A stretch of 38,438 nt of DNA from an uncultured Clostridia bacterium (lineage in GTDB: Bacteria > Bacillota > Clostridia > Lachnospirales > Lachnospiraceae), in assembly GCA_947304065.1 (NCBI GenBank), contig CAMZAI010000001.1, positions 1 through 38,438 of the forward strand, written 5' to 3'. The first letter of the stretch is position 1. Each line of letters begins with the position of its first letter. The position numbers and the translations under genes were made by a program. Positions 26,589 through 34,037 of this stretch are shown here, in pieces. The notes under the pieces are model-generated. The model saw only the letters and a program-made list of their open reading frames with translations, was not told the origin of the DNA and searched no databases.

Positions 26589-26801
26589 ATGATGCCTCTG
26601 ATCTATGCGGAAAAGGGACAGCCCCAGATCATCAGGAAAATAGGCGGGAGTCCCGAGGTAAAGCAGCACCTGGAAGACCTCGGCTTTCACGCGGGAGGGC
26701 AGGTAAGCGTTGTAAGCTCGCTCGGCGAGAACCTTATCGTGAAGGTAAAGGAAAGCAGAGTTGCGGTCAGCGATGAGCTGGCAAAAAAGATTTTTGTTTA
26801 G
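26589..26801 (+). CDS. feoA: FeoA family protein
   Basis: 70-aa SH3-like FeoA pattern (GxxxxIxxIxG.., LEDLGFHAGGQVSVV). RBS AAGGAGG. Confidence 0.9.
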   Translation: MMPLIYAEKGQPQIIRKIGGSPEVKQHLEDLGFHAGGQVSVVSSLGENLIVKVKESRVAVSDELAKKIFV

Positions 26802-26813
26802 GAGGAGTTCAAA

Positions 26814-27035
26814 GTGAAGACACTGAGAGACGCGAAGATCGGCGAAACGGTCAAGGTAGTTAAGCTTCATGGTGAAGGCGCTGTAAAACGCAGGATCATG
26901 GACATGGGAATCACAAAACATACGGAGATCTATATCCGGAAGGTTGCACCCCTGGGCGACCCCATCGAAGTAACCGTGAGAAATTATGAGCTTTCGCTTC
27001 GTAAAGCGGACGCAGAGATGGTGGAGGTAGAATAA
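26814..27035 (+). CDS. feoA: FeoA family protein (second copy)
   Basis: LRDAKIGETVKVVKLHGEGAVKRRIMDMGI is a typical FeoA sequence. GTG start after AGGAGG. Confidence 0.9.
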   Translation: MKTLRDAKIGETVKVVKLHGEGAVKRRIMDMGITKHTEIYIRKVAPLGDPIEVTVRNYELSLRKADAEMVEVE

Positions 27036-29524
27036 TGAGCATACGTATTGCACTTGCGGGTAACCCCAACAGCGGTAAAACAACCCTGTTCAACGCACTT
27101 ACCGGATCCAACCAGTTCGTCGGAAACTGGCCCGGAGTAACTGTAGAGAAGAAGGAAGGTAAACTGAAGAAGCACGATGATGTGATCGTCACCGACCTCC
27201 CCGGAATATATTCCCTTTCTCCCTATACCCTGGAGGAAGTGGTTGCCAGAAATTATCTGATCGGAGAGCGTCCCGACGCGATCCTGAACATCGTGGACGG
27301 TACAAACCTTGAGAGAAACCTGTACCTTACCACACAGCTTACCGAGCTTGGAATTCCTGTGGTCGTAGCCGTTAACATGATGGATATCGTAAAGAAGAAC
27401 GGCGACCAGATCAATCTTGTGGAGCTGTCACGCCAGCTCGGATGCAAGGTAATGGATATCTCGGCACTCAAGGGCGACGGTATCGACGCCGCAGCGGAAG
27501 AGGCAATCAAGGCTGCAAAGAACGGAAAGACCGTTCCGCTCCATACCTTCTCCGGCCCCGTAGAGCACGCCATTGCGCATATTGAGGAAGCAGTTGTTCA
27601 CGATATGCCCGAGGAGCAGCAGAGATGGTACGCTATCAAGATCTTTGAGCGCGACGATAAGGTTCTTGCCCAGCTGAACATCCCTGCGGACAAGATGTCC
27701 CATATTGAAAATGACATTCAGGCGGCCGAAAAGGAACTCGACGATGATTCCGAGAGCATTATCACCAACGACCGTTATGTATATATCGCGGAAGTTATCA
27801 AGGCCTGCTACAAAAAGAAGAACGCGGGCGCGCTGTCGACTTCCGATAAGATCGATAAGATCGTTACAAACAGATGGCTCGGCCTTCCCATTTTCGCGGC
27901 GGTTATGTTCCTCGTATACTGGATCGCGATGGTAGGCGTGGGCGCATCCGCTACGGACTGGGCAAACGACGGCCTCTTCGGTGACGGCTGGCACCTGTTC
28001 GGCATCGGCGGAAAAGCAGCCGGTGAGGCAGCTGAGGAGTACGGCGCTGCAATGAGCGCTATCGGCGGCTATCTCGACGTTGACGTTGAAGACGAAGAAT
28101 TCGATGCAGATGCAGCGATAGAAGAACTGAAGGGCATTACCGGACCTGCGACCTCCACTGTAGAGGTTGAGGACGAGGAGACCCTCGCTGTCAGCGAAAT
28201 GACCGTATATTACGAAAACGTGCCCGAGGACGCCGATGAGGAAGAAGTTATCGGAATGTCCTTTAAGGACGCCGTTGCATATGTTGAAGAAAACGGTTTT
28301 GAAGAGCCCGATCCCGCGGATTACGGAGTATGGGTACCCGGCGTGCCTGTTCTTATCGAGAGTCTTCTCGACAAGATCGGAACCGCAGACTGGCTCAAGA
28401 GCCTTATACTTGACGGTATCGTAGCCGGCGTAGGCGCGGTACTCGGCTTTGTTCCCCAGATGCTCGTACTGTTCCTGATGCTTGCATTCCTTGAGGCGTG
28501 CGGATACATGGCACGTATCGCATTCGTGCTCGACCGTATCTTCAGAAGATTCGGTCTTTCGGGCAAGTCCTTCATTCCCATGCTGGTCGGCACCGGCTGC
28601 GGTATCCCCGGCATCATGGCATCACGTACCATCGAGAATGAGCGTGACCGCCGTATGACGATCATGACCACGACATTTATCCCCTGCGGCGCTAAGGTTC
28701 CCTTCATCGCGATGATCGCAGGCGCGATCTTCGGCGGAAGCGCATGGATCTCGACCGGCGCTTACTTCATCGGTATGGCTGCGATCATTATTTCCGGCGT
28801 AATGCTGAAGAAGACGAGGATTTTCGCAGGCGATCCCGCTCCGTTCGTTATGGAGCTTCCCGCTTACCATATGCCGACACTCGGCAATGTACTCCGCTCC
28901 ATGTGGGAGCGCGGCTGGTCCTTCATCAAGAAGGCAGGCACGATCATCCTTATCTCGCAGATCGTTGTATGGTTCCTTTCGGGCTTCGGCTTCGCGGAGG
29001 ACGGCTTCAGGATGCTTGAGGAGGATGAGATCTCGATCTCGATCCTTGCAAAGGTCGGAAATGCCATCGCATGGCTGTTCACTCCTCTCGGATGGGGCAA
29101 CTGGCAGGCAGCGGTCGCATCGTTTACAGGTCTCGTAGCTAAGGAGAACATCGTAGGTACGATGGGCGTTCTCTACGGAGGCGGAGAAGAGGGCCTCTAT
29201 GCTACACTCGCAGGCGTATTCACCGGAGTTACCGGTATGTCGTTCCTGGTATTCAATCTTCTGTGCGCACCCTGCTTCGCGGCTATCGGCGCGATCAAGC
29301 GTGAGATGAACAACGCAAAGTGGACATGGTTCGCGATCGGCTATCAGTGCGGTTTTGCTTATATCGTTGCGCTGATGATCAACCAGTTCGGCGGACTCTT
29401 CACAGGAAATGTAAGTGTGATCGGCCTGATCTTTGCCATTGCGTTCCTTGCGGCAATCATTTACATGCTGTTCTTCAAGAAGTACAGCGAAGCTACAAAG
29501 TTTACAAAGGCAGTTAAAGTTTGA
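27035..29524 (+). CDS. feoB: Ferrous iron transporter FeoB with a long acidic insertion
   Basis: N-terminal G domain GNPNSGKTTLFN, DLPG and NMMD. Membrane gate motifs GVGAVLGFVPQ and EACGYMARIAF. The start overlaps the feoA stop (TAATG). Confidence 0.95.
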   Translation: MSIRIALAGNPNSGKTTLFNALTGSNQFVGNWPGVTVEKKEGKLKKHDDVIVTDLPGIYSLSPYTLEEVVARNYLIGERPDAILNIVDGTNLERNLYLTTQLTELGIPVVVAVNMMDIVKKNGDQINLVELSRQLGCKVMDISALKGDGIDAAAEEAIKAAKNGKTVPLHTFSGPVEHAIAHIEEAVVHDMPEEQQRWYAIKIFERDDKVLAQLNIPADKMSHIENDIQAAEKELDDDSESIITNDRYVYIAEVIKACYKKKNAGALSTSDKIDKIVTNRWLGLPIFAAVMFLVYWIAMVGVGASATDWANDGLFGDGWHLFGIGGKAAGEAAEEYGAAMSAIGGYLDVDVEDEEFDADAAIEELKGITGPATSTVEVEDEETLAVSEMTVYYENVPEDADEEEVIGMSFKDAVAYVEENGFEEPDPADYGVWVPGVPVLIESLLDKIGTADWLKSLILDGIVAGVGAVLGFVPQMLVLFLMLAFLEACGYMARIAFVLDRIFRRFGLSGKSFIPMLVGTGCGIPGIMASRTIENERDRRMTIMTTTFIPCGAKVPFIAMIAGAIFGGSAWISTGAYFIGMAAIIISGVMLKKTRIFAGDPAPFVMELPAYHMPTLGNVLRSMWERGWSFIKKAGTIILISQIVVWFLSGFGFAEDGFRMLEEDEISISILAKVGNAIAWLFTPLGWGNWQAAVASFTGLVAKENIVGTMGVLYGGGEEGLYATLAGVFTGVTGMSFLVFNLLCAPCFAAIGAIKREMNNAKWTWFAIGYQCGFAYIVALMINQFGGLFTGNVSVIGLIFAIAFLAAIIYMLFFKKYSEATKFTKAVKV

Positions 29525-29624
29525 TGCCTATTCCTTATTCTCCAATATTTTTCCTTCCCGGCGACGGTCCTCCTGTCCCGGGAGGGATTATTAAGGAGAG
29601 ACTGAGCGAAAGGAAGTGACATAT

Positions 29625-29798
29625 ATGACAGAGTTTTTATCCGCAAATATCGGCACCATAGTCGCGGCACTGATCGTGCTTTTGATAGTTTTCCTTGCGG
29701 TCAGGGCCTTAGTGAGGGAAAAGAAAAAAGGGCAGAGCTGTTCGTGCGGATGCAATTGCGGAAGCTGCGCAATGAGCGGGGCCTGCCATAAAAAATAA
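29625..29798 (+). CDS. FeoB-associated Cys-rich small membrane protein
   Basis: One TM helix followed by KKKGQSCSCGCNCGSCAMSGAC. ATG at 29625 after AAGGAAG. Confidence 0.8.
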   Translation: MTEFLSANIGTIVAALIVLLIVFLAVRALVREKKKGQSCSCGCNCGSCAMSGACHKK

Positions 29799-29839
29799 GA
29801 GATTTAACGACCTGTTAGGTCTTTTATTTTTGATATTGA

Positions 29840-29857
29840 GGTTAGGCTATGCTAACC
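29840..29857. promoter_or_regulatory. TTAG-N6-CTAA box 4
   Basis: GGTTAGGCTATGCTAACC, 50 nt upstream of the second dtxR-family gene. Confidence 0.55.
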
Positions 29858-29906
29858 AGATGCGGTGCGATCATATCGCGCATGTAAAAGGGAGTTGGTT
29901 ATTTAT

Positions 29907-30284
29907 ATGAAGTTGGCTGAAACACATAATTCGTCTGAGGATTATCTGAAAAATATATTGCTCCTGCACAACAGGAACGGCAGTGTCAGGGCGTTTGAGC
30001 TGGCTGCGGAGATGGGTGTGACAAAGCCCAGCGTCAGCGTGGCAATGAAGCGGCTTCGTGATAAGAAGCTGATCAGCATAACCGAAAGAGGTCATATATG
30101 TCTGACCGAAGCGGGAAGGGCGATCGCCGAAAAAGTTAGCAGCAAACATGAGCTTATAAAGAATTTTCTTATGAGCATAGGAGTTACCGAGAGTACAGCA
30201 GCGACGGAGGCGTGCCGTATAGAGCATGCCATCGGGGAAGAGACCTACAAGAGGCTGGGAGAATTCTGCAAGAGCTGTAAATAA
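29907..30284 (+). CDS. DtxR/MntR-family metal-dependent transcriptional repressor (second, short form)
   Basis: HTH KPSVSVAMKRL and metal-site ACRIEH. ATG at 29907. Its RBS is only moderate, so the start is less certain. Confidence 0.87.
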   Translation: MKLAETHNSSEDYLKNILLLHNRNGSVRAFELAAEMGVTKPSVSVAMKRLRDKKLISITERGHICLTEAGRAIAEKVSSKHELIKNFLMSIGVTESTAATEACRIEHAIGEETYKRLGEFCKSCK

Positions 30285-30305
30285 AGGAAAACGAGGAGAG
30301 CTGAT

Positions 30306-30683
30306 ATGGGAAATGCTGTTATTATCGCGGTTCTTGCGATCATCGTAGGCCTGGCCGTATACAGCACGGTCAAGAGGATACGCTACGGCTCGTCATGCTG
30401 CGGTGAGCGCGAGCCCGGCGAAAAGAAGGTCCGTGTTAAGGACAGGAACAAAGCGAATTATCCCTTCGCATATACAATGAAAGTGGACGGAATGCACTGC
30501 TCGAACTGCGCCCTGCGCGTAGAGAACGCGCTTAACAAATGCGGGTACAGATGGGCAAAGGCGGATGTCGGCGGCAAAAAGGTGGAGCTTTTGTCAAAGC
30601 AGGAAGAGATCGATACGGATCTTGGCAGGCTGATCGCGGCTTCGGGTTATACGATGCTCTCCTGCGAAAAGAAAGCAGTATGA
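30306..30683 (+). CDS. Membrane-anchored heavy-metal-associated (HMA) domain protein with a Cys-rich linker
   Basis: N-terminal TM helix, then SSCCGE. The HMA motif GMHCSNCALRVENAL (MxCxxC) follows. Confidence 0.85.
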   Translation: MGNAVIIAVLAIIVGLAVYSTVKRIRYGSSCCGEREPGEKKVRVKDRNKANYPFAYTMKVDGMHCSNCALRVENALNKCGYRWAKADVGGKKVELLSKQEEIDTDLGRLIAASGYTMLSCEKKAV

Positions 30684-30745
30684 CTTTGGACCGCAGTCTG
30701 CGGTTTGAGGATATATTTTCAGAGTTAGTATAGTATAACTATATT

Positions 30746-30767
30746 GCGGTTAGCAATTGCTAACCGC
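30746..30767. promoter_or_regulatory. TTAG-N6-CTAA box 5, a perfect 22-bp palindrome
   Basis: GCGGTTAGCAATTGCTAACCGC is perfectly self-complementary. It ends 41 nt upstream of the DUF2325 ATG. Confidence 0.6.
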
Positions 30768-30807
30768 AGGAAGAAGCGCATTACAGAAAGACAAGGGGGT
30801 ATCTGCT

Positions 30808-31092
30808 ATGAGCGTTGTGATAATAGGCGGAAATGAATGTATGGAGCGTCAATATACAAATCTTTGTAAGGAGTACGGCTGCAAGGCCAAGATATTCCTT
30901 AAGCCGTGCGGCAGTATGAAAGACAGGATAGGATCGCCCGATCTGCTGATCCTTTTTACGCATACGGTGTCTCATAAGATGATAAACTGTGCGCTGAGCA
31001 ATATAGACAAGGCTACGCGCATCATCAGGTCGCATACGAGTTCGATCGCATCTCTGAAGGATATCCTGAATGATGCGGTAGGGGTGGCGTAA
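30808..31092 (+). CDS. DUF2325-like small protein
   Basis: VVIIGGNECMERQY..CKEYGCKAKIF...GSPDLLILFTHTVSHKM..SHTSSIASL matches my recollection of the DUF2325 family pattern. ATG at 30808 after AAGGGGG. Confidence 0.75.
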   Translation: MSVVIIGGNECMERQYTNLCKEYGCKAKIFLKPCGSMKDRIGSPDLLILFTHTVSHKMINCALSNIDKATRIIRSHTSSIASLKDILNDAVGVA

Positions 31093-31142
31093 GTACAGCA
31101 AAAACCGCACATAATGTATCGGGGCTTTACTTCTTTTGATCA

Positions 31143-31157
31143 TATGATAATATCATA
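31143..31157. promoter_or_regulatory. 15-nt perfect palindrome TATGATA-A-TATCATA upstream of the ZIP transporter gene
   Basis: It lies 20 nt upstream of the ATG at 31177 and overlaps a second palindrome, ATCATATGAT. Confidence 0.35.
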
Positions 31158-31176
31158 GATATGAGGAGGTGGAGCT

Positions 31177-31959
31177 ATGACCAAGACCATATTGATAGGA
31201 CTGCTGATACCGTTTATCGGAACGGCTGCGGGAGCCGCCTGCGTTTTCATCCTGAAGAAGGATCTGAAGACCGGCGTCCAGAAAGCGTTATCGGGATTTG
31301 CGGCCGGCGTAATGGTTGCCGCTTCCATATGGAGCCTGATCGTTCCTGCGATCGAGCAGTGTTCCGACAAGGGAAGATTTGCATTCCTGCCCGCATTCAT
31401 CGGATTCTGGCTGGGTATCCTCTTCCTGCTTTTGCTGGATCACGTGATACCTCATCTTCACAGGAGCATCGATCAGGTGGAGGGACCCAGGAGCCATCTA
31501 ACCAGGACTGCGATGCTGGTACTGGCAGTAACGCTGCATAATATTCCCGAGGGTATGGCGGTAGGCGTAGTGTACGCAGGACTGGCAAGCGGCTCGGCGA
31601 TGATCACTGCGGGCGGAGCACTGGCGCTCGCGCTCGGAATAGCGATACAGAACTTCCCGGAAGGCGCGATCATATCGATGCCTCTCTACGCGGAAGGAAA
31701 AAGTAAAAAGAAATCATTTGTGCTCGGGATGCTCTCCGGTGCCGTTGAACCGATATTCGGAGGAATTACGGTACTTCTTGCGGGACTGATCGTGCCTGCG
31801 ATGCCGTATCTGCTCTCTTTCGCTGCAGGAGCGATGCTCTATGTGGTAGTAGAAGAGCTGATCCCCGAGATGTCGGCCGGAGAACATACAAATATCGGCG
31901 TAGTGGCCTTTGCACTGGGCTTCAGTATCATGATGGCGCTTGATGTCGCGCTGGGATAA
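31177..31959 (+). CDS. ZIP family divalent metal (zinc/iron) transporter, ZupT-like
   Basis: ZIP signatures LHNIPEGMAVG and IQNFPEGAIIS. 260 aa, about 8 TM segments. RBS GAGGAGG. Confidence 0.92.
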   Translation: MTKTILIGLLIPFIGTAAGAACVFILKKDLKTGVQKALSGFAAGVMVAASIWSLIVPAIEQCSDKGRFAFLPAFIGFWLGILFLLLLDHVIPHLHRSIDQVEGPRSHLTRTAMLVLAVTLHNIPEGMAVGVVYAGLASGSAMITAGGALALALGIAIQNFPEGAIISMPLYAEGKSKKKSFVLGMLSGAVEPIFGGITVLLAGLIVPAMPYLLSFAAGAMLYVVVEELIPEMSAGEHTNIGVVAFALGFSIMMALDVALG

Positions 31960-31994
31960 TAAGCAGAATTTTAGCGACAGGAGAGAGGTTCATT

Positions 31995-32684
31995 ATGATA
32001 ACAACCGTTTTATGGGATGTCGACGGGACATTGCTGGATTTTAACGCGGCCGAGAGAGCTGCGATCAGAACTCTTTTTGCGGAGTTTAAGCTGGGTGAGT
32101 GTACCGATGAAATGCTTGCGCGTTATTCGGCGATAAATATAAGCTTCTGGGAGAGGCTGGAAAGAAATGAGATCACGAAGCCGGAAGTCCTGAGAGGCCG
32201 TTTTGAGCAGTTTTTCGGCGAATACGGGATCGATACGGAGCTTGCGGCTCCGTTCAACGAAAGATATCAGGTGACGCTCGGAGATACGATCGTTTATCTG
32301 GATAACAGTATCGATATTGTGCGTTCTTTACGGGGAAAAGTGAAGCAGTATGTAGTTTCCAACGGAACCGTAGCAGCCCAGACGAAAAAGCTGGACAGAT
32401 CGAAGCTCGGAGAACTTATGGACGGCATTTTTCTCTCGGAAAAGCTGGGAGTCGAAAAGCCCAACATCGGATTCTTTGATAAAGCGTTCGAGGAGATCGG
32501 ATGTAAGGATCGTTCGGAAATGATCATCATCGGGGATTCGCTTACCAGCGATATCCGCGGAGGAATGAACGCCGGTATCAAAACCTGTTGGTATAACCCG
32601 CAAAAGAAACCAGTTCCCGAAGGATACAGGATCGACTATGTGATAGGAGACCTGAAGGAAGTATACGAAATACTCGGAATCTGA
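31995..32684 (+). CDS. HAD-superfamily hydrolase, YjjG-like nucleotidase subfamily
   Basis: Motif I WDVDGTL, motif II SNG, motif IV GDSLTSDIRGG. Confidence 0.88.
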   Translation: MITTVLWDVDGTLLDFNAAERAAIRTLFAEFKLGECTDEMLARYSAINISFWERLERNEITKPEVLRGRFEQFFGEYGIDTELAAPFNERYQVTLGDTIVYLDNSIDIVRSLRGKVKQYVVSNGTVAAQTKKLDRSKLGELMDGIFLSEKLGVEKPNIGFFDKAFEEIGCKDRSEMIIIGDSLTSDIRGGMNAGIKTCWYNPQKKPVPEGYRIDYVIGDLKEVYEILGI

Positions 32685-32701
32685 CAGCATATAGTGAGTA
32701 A

Positions 32702-32917
32702 AAAGAATGCGGATCTGAGACCCTTGCATATGAGGACAAGACGATCATCATGATCGCGCACAGGCTCAAGACCGTAAGGCATGCGGACCGGATCCTTGTG
32801 GTGGCGGACGGAAAGATCACCCAGAAGGGCACGCACGAAGAGCTGATGGCCGAGGACGGCATCTACAGGAATTTCGTCAGCGAGAGGAAAGAAGCCGTAT
32901 CGTGGAAGATCGCGTAA
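32702..32917 (+). pseudogene. 3' remnant of an ABC exporter gene (C-terminal part of the nucleotide-binding domain)
   Basis: Hand translation gives [71 protein letters not shown]. It covers from the D-loop/H-loop (IAHRL) to the stop. Walker A, the signature motif, a start codon and an RBS are all missing, and a TAA lies directly upstream. Confidence 0.7.
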
Positions 32918-32919
32918 AG

Positions 32920-32959
32920 AAGATGACTTCGGAAAAAATTTTTTCCGAAGTCATCTTTT
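32920..32959 (+). terminator. Long perfect hairpin terminator after the ABC remnant
   Basis: AAGATGACTTCGGAAAAAA / TTTTTTCCGAAGTCATCTT inverted repeat followed by TTT. Confidence 0.7.
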
Positions 32960-33034
32960 ACTGTCTTTGTTATTTGATATATTATATATAGTGATATGCT
33001 CAGACAGTTATTGCTATACGGAGGCAGGGAAAAT

Positions 33035-34015
33035 ATGAAGACGGCTGTTTTGATCGACAATTCCATACGCAGTCTGTTCCAGATGATTGTGCTGGTGGAT
33101 GACAATACCGGTCGGTATGTGATAATAGATTATAACCCGGAGTTCGGGAATATACCCACGGGTTCCGACGGGGACGAAAAGCGCGGTTCCTTTGAGGTGC
33201 TGTGCAAAAGCTTTAAGAAGTTCATTCATCCGGAGGAAAGGGATGAATTCAGGATATTCACCACCCGGGACAATTATGTGAAAAGGCTGGAGGATCACGT
33301 GCATATTTCCATGGAGTGCCGGATAAGGCACTCCGACAGGAAATATTACTGGTCCGAGATCATTATGTGCAACACTGCCGCGGAAGACAGCACCGAGGGC
33401 AATGACTGCATTTTCATGATAAGGGACATACATGAAAGGAAGACCGCGGAGCTGGCCCGCGAAGCGGAAGACCGGGCGATCCTGAAGAAGCTTCAGGACA
33501 AATACGACAAGCTCTTCGAAGAGAATATGACGGATCAGCAGACCGGTTGCTATAACCGCAAAGGTCTCAAGTATTATTCGGAGATCGTTATCGACGACGC
33601 GAAGAACACCGGCAGGGATCTGTTCGTGTGCGTTGCGGATCTGAACGGATTAAAGTATCTGAACGACACTTTCGGACATGCTGCGGGTGATGAAGCGATC
33701 AGCGTAGTGTCAAGCGAACTTAGAAATGCGGCTCCGACCGGAAGCAAAGCGGTCCGTCTCGGCGGCGACGAGTTCCTTCTGTTTGCAGCGGTCGATCCGG
33801 AAAGCAGCGAGCCGGAAGAATTCTCCGAAAAGGTGGATGCGGCGATCGAGGCGTATAACAAGGCACATTCCAATCCCTATACGGTCGGCGTAAGCTACGG
33901 ATGGGCACTGTTCCCCGCAAAGGAAGGGATGACCTGCCTGGACGAATACATTGAGATCGCCGATCAGAAGATGTACGAGATGCGCGTACAGCGCGACCAA
34001 TACAGAAGAGATTAA
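33035..34015 (+). CDS. GGDEF-domain diguanylate cyclase with an N-terminal PAS-like sensory region
   Basis: Intact GGDEF (RLGGDEFLLF, codons at 33761-33775). DLNGLKYLNDTFGHAAGD lies upstream of it. ATG at 33035 after GGAGG. Confidence 0.9.
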   Translation: MKTAVLIDNSIRSLFQMIVLVDDNTGRYVIIDYNPEFGNIPTGSDGDEKRGSFEVLCKSFKKFIHPEERDEFRIFTTRDNYVKRLEDHVHISMECRIRHSDRKYYWSEIIMCNTAAEDSTEGNDCIFMIRDIHERKTAELAREAEDRAILKKLQDKYDKLFEENMTDQQTGCYNRKGLKYYSEIVIDDAKNTGRDLFVCVADLNGLKYLNDTFGHAAGDEAISVVSSELRNAAPTGSKAVRLGGDEFLLFAAVDPESSEPEEFSEKVDAAIEAYNKAHSNPYTVGVSYGWALFPAKEGMTCLDEYIEIADQKMYEMRVQRDQYRRD

Positions 34016-34037
34016 GGATGCCGGGGGAGAGATTGTC

